A stretch of 62,327 nucleotides of DNA, counting the filler. It is 20 parts of 20 records of this genome, joined end to end, with 100 filler letters (N's around TTAATTAATTAA, not from the genome) between each part and the next. Parts side by side here need not be neighbours in the genome. Positions count along the whole stretch, not along the records: positions 29,791 to 32,706 come from SRR36015646_36816; positions 32,807 to 35,969 come from SRR36015646_37303; positions 36,070 to 38,585 come from SRR36015646_37311; positions 38,686 to 41,621 come from SRR36015646_37574; positions 41,722 to 43,858 come from SRR36015646_37850; positions 43,959 to 46,093 come from SRR36015646_38008; 14 more parts are not named here. One strand, 5' to 3'. This document shows positions 32,164 to 44,464 of the stretch, piece after piece. The stretch's first letter is position 1. Every line of letters starts with the position of its first letter. The position numbers and the translations under genes were made by a program. The notes below the pieces were generated by a model that had not been told where the DNA came from, made no database searches, and was given only the letters and a program-made list of their open reading frames with translations.

Positions 32164-32701
32164 ATGCCAAAATGTATATATGTAAATTATGTATTTGCAT
32201 GTAATTTGATGGCAGTAGGCCCATATATAGTACTAATGGCACCAACAGGAGTATGTTAAATGACGTTACAAGTTGAACTTTCTGTAATCTTATTAGAGAA
32301 GAGAGTTGTTTGTCAACAGTTTTTTGTAAGGATATTGCTCTACCGTAGTTACACATATGTTAACCATTATATTATGCATGATGTGCGAGATAATATTTTA
32401 ATCTCAGGTTGCATTAAAGTGATGAGTTTATTAGTCTCTGCAGTGTTTTAACTGATGTTTTCTATTCATATGTAAAGTTTTAGTCATTCATAATCCCAAA
32501 CACTCATTCGTCCATAACTGTGATATTACGCGTAATTTACGAAAACGTCAAAATTTCAGGCTCGAGGTTGCCCCCCTAGGAGGTGATATATAGAGCTGAA
32601 AATTGGCATGTATTGTTTTCTATGGAAGTGTAACAAATGTAACATATTGCCGAAAAAATCTAAATAACTTTTTAAAAAAGTGCTATTTATGATGCACCCT
32701 A
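29791..32701 (+). mobile_element. DNA transposon, hAT-related (probably hATm group), with a probable 3' terminus
   Basis: Transposase followed by AT-rich subterminal DNA ending ...GATGCACCCTA (reverse complement TAGGGTGCATC). This resembles the TAGGG-type hATm ends as I recall them. The 5' end is absent. Confidence 0.65.
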
Positions 32702-32968
32702 ATGTANNNNNNNNNNNNNNNNNNNNNNNNNNNNNNNNNNNNNNNNNNNNTTAATTAATTAANNNNNNNNNNNNNNNNNNNNNNNNNNNNNNNNNNNNNN
32801 NNNNNNATGTACTGTGATATACACTGTATATAGCTATCGTCACGCTACACGTTTGCCGTCACGCTTGACTGCGTTTTGTACTTATACTAGATTTTCATAC
32901 GGACGGTTTTGACACTCGTCAGAGATGCTCATTTAATTAGTAGCATTGGACATCGGCCGCCTATCAAC

Positions 32969-34144
32969 ATGTCGAAAATAATGCAAGCTAAGCAACTAGA
33001 ACGTCCAATGACTTTGAGACTCCATGCCACTGATCCTGGTCTTACACACCAAGATATCTATGAACAATTGGCCAACTTTGGAGCTGAAGGGGAGATGCAT
33101 GTAGAATGTATTCAACAAACCAATCCAAGGTCCTTTTTTGTGACATTTACAGCTAATAGCGAGGGAAATAAAACTAAGGACGATGTACTCTTGACCTACA
33201 GCGAAGGGAAGCAACTAGTTCTGAAGAAAACAGCATCTACAACTGTTTTGTACGCAGAGGGATGGAGCAACAAGCAGTTGGTTCATATCTATGGTGCTCC
33301 GTATGAAATCAAAAACCCAGAAATCAAAGAGATATTCTCGTACTACGGAGATGTCGAAAACATCAAACATGGTTTTTTGAAGGACTATCCTGGAATAAAA
33401 AATGGCAATAGACACATAACGTTCAGGAGTGTGAGTAAAGACCTACCTGAATCCATGATCATCCAAGGTTATAAGATCTACGTGAAAGGAAACATCAGCA
33501 ACCAAGGCAAAAGTACCCGTGATAATGAGCCACGCAGATGTTTCAACTGTAATGAAACAGGTCACATAATCAGAAACTGTCCTCAAAAAGTTATTTGTAA
33601 AACATGTGGCAGTGAAGGTCATCTCGCCAGGAGATGCTCAAACAACAGGATTCCGGATGGTGCCTCACAGATACATTCAGAGAAAGCCAGTGATGCCAAT
33701 CCGGTGTTACTCATGGGAAACAATCAGAAGCAAGATGCATATGACAAAGCTATGGCAGAACTGGACGTTATTGAGAATGCCCTTCCTCAGACAGCGACGT
33801 TGCAGCTTAAAACTCCACAGGCTCAAGAAGGAACAGACAATGCTCAATTAAACCAGAGGCCTAAGGCCCCTCCCCGCTCGCAAAACAAGAAGTTTCATCA
33901 CGTCGACACTACAGATCAAAAACAAGCAGGCAGGAATGAAACTGCTAAAAGGAAAAATGACCAACGCTCTCCAAATGAGAATGGCAACATCACAAGCAAG
34001 CTATTAAAAAATGACATGTCATCTAGATTCTTCGAAGACAACAACATTTACGAAGCGCTGCAAACAGTTGATGACGACGGCGAGTCCATTATTGTTAACG
34101 TGGGTCCTCCTCTTTCACCAATCAAAGATGGCGACGCGAACTGA
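32969..34144 (+). CDS. L1/Tx1-type LINE ORF1, sister family of the ORF1 at 23287
   Basis: Shared RPMTLRLHA.D.GLTHQDIY, TTVLYAEGWSNKQ, IYGAPYEI, PGIKNGNRHITFR; two CCHC knuckles. Confidence 0.88.
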   Translation: MSKIMQAKQLERPMTLRLHATDPGLTHQDIYEQLANFGAEGEMHVECIQQTNPRSFFVTFTANSEGNKTKDDVLLTYSEGKQLVLKKTASTTVLYAEGWSNKQLVHIYGAPYEIKNPEIKEIFSYYGDVENIKHGFLKDYPGIKNGNRHITFRSVSKDLPESMIIQGYKIYVKGNISNQGKSTRDNEPRRCFNCNETGHIIRNCPQKVICKTCGSEGHLARRCSNNRIPDGASQIHSEKASDANPVLLMGNNQKQDAYDKAMAELDVIENALPQTATLQLKTPQAQEGTDNAQLNQRPKAPPRSQNKKFHHVDTTDQKQAGRNETAKRKNDQRSPNENGNITSKLLKNDMSSRFFEDNNIYEALQTVDDDGESIIVNVGPPLSPIKDGDAN

Positions 34145-35969
34145 ATTTAAAGTCGGCTCTCTGAATGTCAGAGGTCTCAAAGGCAAAGTGGACCGTGTGG
34201 CATCATTTGTTAAGCAGAAACGTATAGACATACTGTGCATGCAAGAAACCCACGAACTCACGAAGAAAGAGATATACTATTGGGGTAAGGCGATGAAAGG
34301 GAATACTTACTGGTCTGCTGATGGAAACACGGCAGGAGTAGCAATTTTTGTAAGCAGCAACATAAGCAGCTCTAATCATTCTATACGAGTGCTTAGCAAC
34401 AGCAGATGTCTAGAGCTCCAGTGTACAATAAATGATAAGAAATATAGGATTTTGAATTTCTACGGTCCATGTGATGGTGAGCAATCACGGAAAGACTTCT
34501 ACAATGATATAAAAAATAGTATTTGTGTTCAAAACAATGATAGAATTGCCGACGATTTTATAATACACATGGGTGATTATAATATGATAGAAAATGCACG
34601 TGATAGGCGCACAATATCTGTTAACAACACATCACAAGCTGTATTTGCTGGTTCCAGAGAGTACGGCGAGGTAACCAATCGATTCAAACTAAGAGACACA
34701 TGGATATATCTGAAAGGAGACAAAAGAGGCTATACGTGGAGAAACACGAGGGGTTCTGCTTCCCGCTTGGATAGAATATTCTGCTCGGAAAATGGCCTAC
34801 AGTACATAAAGAATATAAACCATGTATTGAACACTTTCTCTGACCATGATCTGGTAGTAATTGCTATACAAAACCCAGCTAATTGCGAGCGAGGGAAAGG
34901 ATCATGGAAATGCAATACGTCATTGCTTCTACAAGAAGATCTACAGCAACAAATAATCTCGTTCATCCAGTATTGGAAAGGCCAAAAGACGAAGTATCCT
35001 AATCCAAGACAATGGTGGGATGACTTTAAATCGCGAATAAAACATCTTATAATTAACTATTCTGTGAAAAAATCAAGAGATGAAAGAAACGAAAAACACA
35101 CAGCAGAAGTTAAACTAGAGAAACTGATAGCAAAGCAAAACAACGGGCAAGATGTGGATTTACAACAAATGGAAACACTAAAACACACTCTGGAGATGCA
35201 CGAAAAACAGAAGATGGATGGGCAGAAACTACGATCCAAGGTCAAGTTTTTCGAAGAATACGAGAAAAACTCTGCCTTCTTTCTAAGACTCGAAAAACAG
35301 AAAAGTCAAAAAAAGGAGATCACTTCACTCTTCAACTCTAACGGGAACCTAGAAACTAGGCCGCAGGATTGTTTGCAGATTGTGCACAATTTCTACTCCG
35401 ACCTATACAGTAGCGAACAAGTTGATCAGGACGAACAAGAGAACCTGCTGAATAAGCTGACGAATCAACTAGATGATACAGACAGAGAGACTTGTGAGGG
35501 TTTGTTAACTGTAGATGAATGCTATAGAGCCCTCAAGAAAATGAGCAATGGAAAAACGCCTGGTATTGATGGGATCCCTAAAGAGTTCTACACAATCTTC
35601 TGGGATTACATTGGTGTTGATCTGGTTGAGACACTCAATAATTGTTTTCTCGCTGGAGAATTAACAGAGTCAATGAAAACAGCAATACTGTGCTTGTTGT
35701 ACAAAAAACTTGATCACAGAGTACTAAAAAATTGGAGACCTCTGAGTATGTTGTGCGTAGACTATAAGATTGCCGCCAAGGTAATGGCTATGCGAACCAT
35801 ACAAATAATATCAAAACTTGTCAAGAATGGACAAACATGTGGTGTTCCAGGCAGAACTATTTTCGATAATATATACACATTGCAGTCAGTTATTGAGTAC
35901 ATTGAAGATCGTTTTGAGACAGGTGCAGATATTGGCGGGGCCCTAATCTCGATTGATGCTGAAAAAGCC
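34128..35969 (+). CDS. L1/Tx1-type LINE ORF2 (APE + RT N-half), 3'-truncated; its ATG overlaps the ORF1 end by 17 nt
   Basis: SLNVRGL, MQETH, GDYN, SRLDRIF, SDHD, KTPGIDG, NWRPLSML, DAEKA. Confidence 0.93.
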
Positions 35970-36071
35970 NNNNNNNNNNNNNNNNNNNNNNNNNNNNNNN
36001 NNNNNNNNNNNNNTTAATTAATTAANNNNNNNNNNNNNNNNNNNNNNNNNNNNNNNNNNNNNNNNNNNNAA

Positions 36072-38585
36072 GAATGTCACTATAACATAAGGCTTCCTTT
36101 CAAGAATGACACTAATGTTCTACCCGACAATAAGCAACAAGCTCTAAACAGGTTGAATTCTCTTAAGAACAAAATGAAAAAAAATCCAGGATTCCATGAT
36201 GACTACAAAGATTTCATGAAGAATATTATTCAAAAGGGATACGCTGAAATAGTACCACCAAGTCAACTTGACACGAACTCTAAAAATGTATGGTACATAC
36301 CGCATCATGGTGTTTACCATCCGAAGAAGCCAGGAAAAATCAGAGTAGTGTTCGATTGTGCAGCTAAATATTTGGGCATAGCTTTGAATGATGTGTTACT
36401 TCAGGGACCCGATCTAACAAACAGTCAGATAGGTGTTTTACTCCGTTTCAGACAAGAACTCATCGCTTTAATGGGGGACATTGAAGCGATGTTTCATCAA
36501 GTAAATGTTCATGAACAGGACAGAGATTTTTTGCGCTTCTTCTGGTGGCCAGATGGAAATTTAGACTTAGCACCGAAAGTGTACAGGATGACAGTACATC
36601 TGTTTGGAGCAGTCTCATCTCCTAGTTGTTGCAATTTTGCACTAAGAAGAACAGCGGATGACAACAAGGATTTGTTTGAGCCAGAAATTGTCAATACTAT
36701 CAAACAAAATTTCTACGTGGATGATTGCCTGAGATCTGTGAAAACTGAAGGTGAAGGTATGGCAATGGTAAGCCAACTTAGAGAATGCTGTATGAAAGGC
36801 GGATTCAGATTAACCAAATGGATAACTAACAATCGTTCCATTTTGAAATCAATTCCGCAAGAGGAGAGAGCAAAAGATGTCCAAAATCTAAATATCGACG
36901 AGGATGACTTTCCGGTACAAAGAGCCTTAGGGTTGAAATGGAATCTAAATGCAGACCAATTTGAAGTAAGCATCCCGAAATTTGACATAACGGCAAATGT
37001 TACGAGAAAGTCAATACTGTCAAAAGTAAGTCAAATATATGATCCATTAGGGCTAATCGCACCTGTTATTCTGACGGGAAAACTACTCTTGCAAGATCTT
37101 TGTAGAAGAAGAGTTCCGTGGGATGAAGTGATTGATGACGTTAGCCTTAATCATTGGAACAAGTGGCTTATAGATCTGCCGGATCTTGAGACCATCATAA
37201 TTCCACGGTGTTTTAAGCATACACAGATAGGGGAAGTGGTGTCCTGTCAATTACATACTTTTTCCGATGCCAGTAACGTGGGGTATGGGGTAGTTTCATA
37301 TTTAAGGCTGAAGGATATTATGGGAAATGTTTGCTGTTCCCTGGTATTAAGCAAAGCACGTGTCTGCCCACTAAAGGTGATAACAATCCCTCGCTTAGAG
37401 CTAACAGCTGCAACAATAGCAGTGCAAATTACCAACGTTATTCTACAGGAACTGGACTATACAGTAGACAAAGTATACTTTTGGACAGACAGTACGGCAG
37501 TCTTGAAGTTCATTGCAAACAAGGCCACACGCTTTCAGACTTTCGTTGCCAACAGGTTAGCAGTAATACATGAAGGAACTAAACCAAATCAGTGGAACTA
37601 CGTTAGCACCACTTGCAATCCTGCAGATATGGTTTCAAGAGGCGTTTCTGTTGGAAAATTTCTACAAAAGACGGAAGAATGGTTTTATGGACCAGCATTT
37701 CTTCAAAGATCAGAAGAAGAATGGAAAACATCTGATGTATCTCTGACACTGACCTGCCAAGAAGAGACAGAAGTAAAGAACACCAAACATGTCAATGCTA
37801 CTGCATTAGATGAGGCAGTAGTTATAATGGAAAAAATAATTACACATCATAGCAAATGGTTAAGACTTAAAAGAACAATAGGTTGGATGTTGGTCGCAAG
37901 AAACACATTAAGAAGATGGCGAGAACTGCGGAAACAAAAAATGGTAGAAGTAAGCAGTAAAGAAGTTGATGCTGATAATTGTAAACAAATAGTAGAGAAG
38001 AAAATGAAAGATTGGAAGAAGAAGCAAATGGAAGATGCAAGGAAAAGTGTCCGCACTCTGTTTCTAAGCCAAGAAATATTGCAAGAAGCAGAAACATCTC
38101 TGATAAAATTCGTACAAAAACAACATTTCGGAGAAGAGATTGAGTCAATTGAAAAGAAAAGGTGCGCAAGGCAAGGCAGTTTAAAAAAATTGGATCCATT
38201 TCTGAAGGATGGTGTTATGAGAGTTGGCGGAAGGTTGGATAACGCGGCAATACACTACGATACTAAGCATCCCGTTATTTTACCTAAGTTGTCACATATA
38301 TCACTACTTATACTACAAGAGATACATGCCGAAACAGGTCATTTTGGAAAGAATTATATTCTAGCTAAGGTGCGTCATAATTATTGGATTATTGGAGCGA
38401 ATACTCTGTTGAAAGGCATTTTATCGAAGTGTGTAATATGCAGAAGATATAAAGCCAAGACGCTCAGTCAAAAAATGGCTGATTTACCTGAAGATAGATT
38501 AGTTGTGGGCGAACCACCATTTTCTCGTGTAGGTGTCGATTATTTTGGTCCTTTGCAAGTGAAACTAGGACGAAATATGGTAAAA
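36072..38585 (+). CDS. pol: BEL/Pao Pol (RT, RNase H, integrase Zn finger), truncated at both ends
   Basis: WYIPHHGV, KIRVVFDC, LLQGPDL, DIEAMFHQ, LFGAVSSP, FYVDD, YDPLG, FSDAS, TIPRLEL, GVDYFGP. Confidence 0.95.
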
Positions 38586-38688
38586 NNNNNNNNNNNNNNN
38601 NNNNNNNNNNNNNNNNNNNNNNNNNNNNNTTAATTAATTAANNNNNNNNNNNNNNNNNNNNNNNNNNNNNNNNNNNNNNNNNNNNCAC

Positions 38689-41271
38689 GTGAGTACTCGC
38701 TATCCGCATCTGAAGTCAATACTCAGGGACTTCTACGTTGATGATCTCGTAACAGGTTTCGAAGATGTCGACACTGCGCTAGCCTTTCAAGAAGAAATCG
38801 TTCCGATCTTCTCTGAAGCCGGCATGAACCTCCGTAAGTGGTCCTCTTCATCCGAGGAAGCTCGTGCCAAATGGGGTGCAGCTCCAGATGCGACTAAGGT
38901 TCTTGGCCTCGGATGGTCTCCGTCGGATGATTCTGTGTCCGTCACGATTAGTCTCTCTGAAACTGACAAACTGACTAAGCGATCTATTCTGAAGCAAATT
39001 GCCAAGATATTTGATCCTCTGGGCATGGTGTCACCATTCGTTATCCGGCTTCGAATGATATTCCAGGAACTGTGGTCCCTCCAGGTTGGATGGGATGCTG
39101 CAGTGCCTGTCGAGGTGGCTGATCGTTGGTTCTCTATCGTTCGAGAGTCGAACACTACTCCAGCTATTAGCTACCCGCGACGTATAAGTATCACGACATC
39201 CTCCGAGTTGCACATCTTCGCTGATGCATCCATGAAGGCATATGGAGCAGTAATGTACGTCAAAACAGGGGACGAAACGGCCTTTGTTATGTCCAAGGCT
39301 AGACTGGCACCGCTGAAACCCACAACATTAACATTACCTAGGCTGGAATTGATGGCTGCACTGATTGCCGTTAGACTAGCTGACTTTGTGAAAACTAACT
39401 GTCCGCAGCTAGAACACTGTCCTAGGTGCTTCTATTCTGACTCGATGGTGGTTTTGGGATGGATCCGTGGCTCTCCTCGAGAGATATTCGTGCGTAATCG
39501 TGTTCGTGAAATCCTCCTGAGCACATCAACCGGTGAATGGTCACACGTGGAGGGCGTGAAAAATCCTGCTGATCTACCAAGTCGTGGAATGCCAGCTGCT
39601 GATCTGGAAAGTTCTTCCTTCTGGCGCTACGGTCCGAGCTTCTTGCGTGAATCCTCGTGCATTCCATCGTTGACGTGCGTCGTCAACCCGGGGGAGGCCT
39701 CCGAACCTTCGTTTGAGACTCTGTTTCAGATTGAGCGCTGGGGTACACTTTCAAAGGCTTGCAGAATCACACAACTGGTCCTGGATTTCGTGTCCAAATG
39801 CCGTCGCAGACAGGTATCTACCGAGCGCACGTCTAGTCCGTTAGATTACCTTCTTCGAGAAGCTCAGTTGAAAGCGGCTCCCGAAGCATGCACACTACTT
39901 CGCAACGGGAAGGATGTGCTGCCGTCTTCTCCACTTTGGGATGCCAGACCGTTCTGGGATCACCAGCGTGAACTGGTAATGTGTACTCCTCGCAATGGAG
40001 AGACTAATTTGCCATGGCTTCCACAGAGTAGCACGTTATGCAGATTGACTGTCGAAGACTTTCACCGTACTCTGTTTCACCAGGGAGCGTCGACCACCGT
40101 TAGTGAGATCAGAAGAGTGTACTGGCTCAGCAAAGGTCTACGTACAGTCAAGGCCGTTTTAGCGAAGTGTGTGCCTTGTCGCCGCCTGCAAGGACGTCCC
40201 TATTCGTCGAAGGAAGGTAGCCTACCGTCCTTCCGTGTGAAGCCGAGTACTCCATTTGCGAACACTGGCTTAGATCATTTCGGTCCACTGAACACCCGTG
40301 ATTGTGGAAAGACATGGGTCCTGCTCTTTACATGTGCTGTTATCAGAGCGGTTCATCTGGAGGTCGTGACATCTCTAGATGAGAACGAAACCATGCTCGG
40401 AATCCGTCGCTTCAATGCACGCCGTGGTATAAAGGACTTCACGTTCTATAGTGATAACTTCACATCCTTCAAAAGCCTGGGACGTTTACTCAAAGGCAAA
40501 GTTGTTTGGAGGACCATACCTGAGGCTGCTCCCTGGTGGGGTGGTTTTTGGGAGAGACTTGTAGGAACTGTGAAGAGGTCTTCATATAAAACTCTGAGAA
40601 ACGCAGGCCTATCACGAAGTGAACTCTCCACGGTAATGACGGAGTTAGAAGAAAAGATCAACCGACGTCCGTTGTGTCAGCAGCCATCCGACTGCGACCC
40701 AATCACTCCTGCACATTTCTTATATGGTGCAGCTCCGCCACCATTGATTCCGGCTTCCGTTTCTGACATCACAACTCCTGTTGATCTGTCCAACCGTTGG
40801 CAGCATCGTCTTGCTGTTACAGAGCGCCTTTGGGCTCGTTGGAGGTCTGAATACCTACAAACACTTAGAAACTGGCGAACTTCCACGAAAGTGTCTAGCA
40901 GTCCGAGCAAAGGAGATGTGGTGATCGTGCAGGCAAAACCATTGCCTCGCATCCGTTGGCCTCTTGCTACAGTAGAGGAGCTCATTCCAGGCCGGGATGG
41001 AGAAGTTAGGGCAGCGTACATAAGGTGTAGGGGGCATCAAACACGACGTCCTCTGACTATGCTCTACCCACTAGAGTGCCACAGTGACGCCTCTATCTCT
41101 GACACATCAGAGACTCCGTGTACGAAAGAAAAGATGGTAACTCCCGACATCAGTGGCCACACCAGCTCCAAGCGTCATTGTCCGAGTCACAAAGCATCCT
41201 CTTCCTCACGACCACCTGTAGAACGTACCCGTGGGGGGAGAGAAATTAAAAGACCAACTCGTTTTCTGTAG
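38689..41271 (+). CDS. pol: BEL/Pao Pol (RT end, RNase H, integrase), 5'-truncated
   Basis: FYVDD, FDPLG, FADAS, TLPRLEL, NPADLPSRG, GLDHFGP, FTCAVIRAVHLE, YSDN, PWWGGFWERLV, TRGGR tail. Confidence 0.95.
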   Translation: MSTRYPHLKSILRDFYVDDLVTGFEDVDTALAFQEEIVPIFSEAGMNLRKWSSSSEEARAKWGAAPDATKVLGLGWSPSDDSVSVTISLSETDKLTKRSILKQIAKIFDPLGMVSPFVIRLRMIFQELWSLQVGWDAAVPVEVADRWFSIVRESNTTPAISYPRRISITTSSELHIFADASMKAYGAVMYVKTGDETAFVMSKARLAPLKPTTLTLPRLELMAALIAVRLADFVKTNCPQLEHCPRCFYSDSMVVLGWIRGSPREIFVRNRVREILLSTSTGEWSHVEGVKNPADLPSRGMPAADLESSSFWRYGPSFLRESSCIPSLTCVVNPGEASEPSFETLFQIERWGTLSKACRITQLVLDFVSKCRRRQVSTERTSSPLDYLLREAQLKAAPEACTLLRNGKDVLPSSPLWDARPFWDHQRELVMCTPRNGETNLPWLPQSSTLCRLTVEDFHRTLFHQGASTTVSEIRRVYWLSKGLRTVKAVLAKCVPCRRLQGRPYSSKEGSLPSFRVKPSTPFANTGLDHFGPLNTRDCGKTWVLLFTCAVIRAVHLEVVTSLDENETMLGIRRFNARRGIKDFTFYSDNFTSFKSLGRLLKGKVVWRTIPEAAPWWGGFWERLVGTVKRSSYKTLRNAGLSRSELSTVMTELEEKINRRPLCQQPSDCDPITPAHFLYGAAPPPLIPASVSDITTPVDLSNRWQHRLAVTERLWARWRSEYLQTLRNWRTSTKVSSSPSKGDVVIVQAKPLPRIRWPLATVEELIPGRDGEVRAAYIRCRGHQTRRPLTMLYPLECHSDASISDTSETPCTKEKMVTPDISGHTSSKRHCPSHKASSSSRPPVERTRGGREIKRPTRFL

Positions 41272-41399
41272 TTAATGGTGTACTATTGAAGTATTGCGTG
41301 CTGACTATACATTAAATTGTTTATAATGCAATTGTTTTGTTCAATTAACTTACGCCATTGACATTCCACTGACACAAGTTTAACATTTGCTGTTGCAGG

Positions 41400-41621
41400 A
41401 TGCCTTCCAACAGTTCTATAGCTCCGGTTGCATGTTCGATCTGCAAGTGTTCCTTTACGCGGCCGCTTAGTCTGCTACGCCATCGAATCTCGCAGCATGG
41501 AGTCCGACGACCGTGCTCTGATTGTGGTGTTTCCTTTAAAGCCAGTGAGATGAACCAGCATAGGGATTCCATGCACCCATTCGTTATTCTCCATAGGGTT
41601 GACAGTGTCCGCCAGGAGTTC
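41400..41621 (+). CDS. C2H2 zinc-finger ORF downstream of BEL integrase, 3'-truncated
   Basis: CSICKCSFTRPLSLLRHRISQH fits C-x2-C-x3-F-x5-L-x2-H-x4-H; second finger CSDCGVSFKASEMNQHRDSMH; acceptor-like TTGCTGTTGCAG just before the ATG. Confidence 0.7.
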
Positions 41622-41721
41622 NNNNNNNNNNNNNNNNNNNNNNNNNNNNNNNNNNNNNNNNNNNNTTAATTAATTAANNNNNNNNNNNNNNNNNNNNNNN
41701 NNNNNNNNNNNNNNNNNNNNN

Positions 41722-41964
41722 TATCAAGCGGAGCAAGGACGAGGTGGATATAGAGGTAACTCAAATCGAGCTACATCATCATACCGAAATGTTCCAACAT
41801 CAGGAGACAAATGTTACAAGTGTAATGGATATGGTCACAGACAACACAACTGTAAGTTTGAAGGAGAATGCTTCAAATGTGGACAAGTTGGACACAAGAA
41901 AACATGGAGGGGATGTGGAAAATTTGAGAAGAATGCTTCTCAGAAGCCACATCAGGGAAACTAA
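41722..41964 (+). CDS. gag: Gypsy Gag C-terminus (two Zn knuckles), 5'-truncated; absent from the ORF track
   Basis: Manual translation gives ...GDKCYKCNGYGHRQHNCKFEGECFKCGQVGHKKTWRGC...PHQGN*. Confidence 0.85.
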   Translation, partial: YQAEQGRGGYRGNSNRATSSYRNVPTSGDKCYKCNGYGHRQHNCKFEGECFKCGQVGHKKTWRGCGKFEKNASQKPHQGN

Positions 41965-43858
41965 GAAGCGCCCATGTTAAGGGTCGAACAGCGGCGCGTA
42001 ATGTAAATGACCCGGTATATACAAGCAGCAAACAGGTAAACGGAGCGACAAGATCCAGTAAACGAAACAAGAATTGGGTGACTCCATATTCCCGCGTTAC
42101 TATAGACGGTAGTGAGTTCACTGCTTTATGGGATACAGGAGCTACGGAGTTCTGCGCTATAAGCGAAGAATTTCGGATGAGGATACCACTCCTGAGACAA
42201 CAGCCTTTGCAGACTGGCTGTTGTGATGAGCCAGCTCAATCTTGTTCGGGTGACAAATTGGACATTTTGGGGGAATTCGACATTGTATTCACCATAGGCA
42301 ACCAAACCTATCGTCATGCGTTTCGTGTGATTCGCGGTTTAACGCATGGCATGATCATAGGATTTGATTTTATGCGTGAATACGCAGGTGTACTGGATGT
42401 TCCCAATAAAGTTTGTCGTCTCGGTAAAAGAGAAATTCCTCTTATGTTGGCTAGCGAAGTATACCCGTCGCATTGCATCACGCGTATTTCCACAATGATA
42501 ATACTTCCACCAAGATCACAATACACTTTTATGGCTGAACTACAGAACAATTCTTTTGTGGACTTACATAATTTAGAAGGTATGTTAGAACCATCAAAGA
42601 ATGTCATAATGGGAGAAGATAAGAACATACTTGTAGCAAGCGTTCTGGCAAATAGTCAACACGGTAAGATACCCGTACGAGTTTTGAACTTGGGCGATGA
42701 AGCTTGCACAGTACCTCCCGGCACGGTACTCGGATCTTTCTTTACGAACACGGATAATGATGTAGAAGGAAATTATGAACTTCTGGAAGAAGATAATTGT
42801 GAAGAAACCATTCAGACGGACTTTGATGCAAATAATGGACAAGACAACCATACTCGCTTAACGGCCTCTAAGGCAACTGACGGACATGACACTAACAATA
42901 AGACGAACAGTAAACAAAATGATTTTAGCCTTAATCTTGCTAAGACCATTAACGATTCTTTGACAGACGAACAGAAAGAACAACTCTGTACATTACTAGA
43001 CGAATTTGGAGACATATTCAGTAAGCATAAAAATGACATAGGACGGACGCACTTAATCGAACATTGCATCAACACTGGGGACAATAGGCCGATAAAACAG
43101 GCTTATCGGAGGATACCAGTACATTTACAAGAGTACATCAACGAACAAGTGAAAGAAATGTACAAAGCAGGTATCGCAGAACCAAGCGACAGTCCATGGT
43201 CGAGTCCTATTGTTTTAGTGAAAAAGAAGAATGGGGATATACGATTTTGTGTCGACTACCGCAAGGTGAATATGGCGACGGTACCAGACGCTCACCCTAT
43301 TCCAAACATAGAACAGACTATTAACGTATTAGCTGGGTCCGTATACTTCACAATTATTGACTTAGCCAGTGGCTATTGGCAAATAGCCATGCATCCGGAC
43401 GACAAGGCAAAGACCGCCTTTAGCAGCGGCCGTGGTTTAAGCCAGTTCAGAGTTATGCCTTTTGGTTTAATGAACAGCGGCAGCACATTTCAGCGTCTAA
43501 TGGAGATGGTCTTGTCTGGCGTTGATTGGAGGCACTGCCAGGTGTACATCGACGATGTGGTTATCTTCACCAAATCGTTTGACGACCATCTGGTAAAAGT
43601 ACGAGAAGTACTGACATGCTTACGCAAAGCTAATCTTAAAGTACGAGCTGAGAAATGCCAATTTGGTGCACACAAAGCGGTATTTCTCGGCCATCTGGTT
43701 GATCGAGATGGAGTACATCCTGACCCAAGTAACGTCAGTAAGGTCATGGAATGGCCTGTTCCGAAAGGGGTAGGAGAGGTAAGAAGTTTTTACGGACTAG
43801 CATCATATTACCGACGATTCGTAAAGGACTTCGCCAAGATAGCATACCCATTACAAAA
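41955..43858 (+). CDS. pol: Gypsy Pol (protease, RT) entered by a -1 frameshift, 3'-truncated
   Basis: LWDTGA, IIGFDF, SPWSSPIVLVKKK, RFCVDYR, DLASGYWQI, MPFGL, YIDD, FLGH. Frame open from the slippery site. Confidence 0.93.
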
Positions 43859-43958
43859 NNNNNNNNNNNNNNNNNNNNNNNNNNNNNNNNNNNNNNNNNN
43901 NNTTAATTAATTAANNNNNNNNNNNNNNNNNNNNNNNNNNNNNNNNNNNNNNNNNNNN

Positions 43959-44464
43959 AATGTTGACAGAGTTCCAACGAGAGAGACTTTACTTTGTAAA
44001 TTAGTTTGCAAAACTTCAGTACCCAAGACTGCAATGGTAGGTTGTTCAGAAATGTTCAATGTATTCGTTAGTACATCATTGCTAACAGCGTTAACATCCC
44101 TTGGAATGCTGACCTGATTATCCGTAGATACAACTGAGGGTGTGGATAATTCACCCGAGAATCCAACACCAATATCATTCGAAATCAGGACATCACTCGT
44201 GATAAGCTGTAAGTCAGGGCTGGGAAAATCAGTAGACTTTACATCATCGGTTGAATCGATGGGGACTACAGTGATAATTTTGATATTACGCAAACGATAA
44301 TCCATATCACTATTGTCATCGACAATTTTATCATTAATTAACATTTCATCTGTTTGATCGGAGTGTGTGGCTGAAATAGAAACGCCACTCACTACTTGTT
44401 CATTGTTGTTAATGTTGTTGTTCATGAGTGTGTGTGGTGAAGACTGAGTTGTACCTATATACCG
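43959..44464 (-). CDS. In-frame continuation after the gag stop (probable Pol N-terminal spacer), 3'-truncated
   Basis: Open frame from the codon after the gag TGA to the fragment edge. Low complexity; protease not reached. Confidence 0.55.

Noticed and set aside
41744-41980. ORF-track 78-aa protein
   Set aside because: Wrong frame; the real coding frame is the gag CCHC frame 41722-41964.
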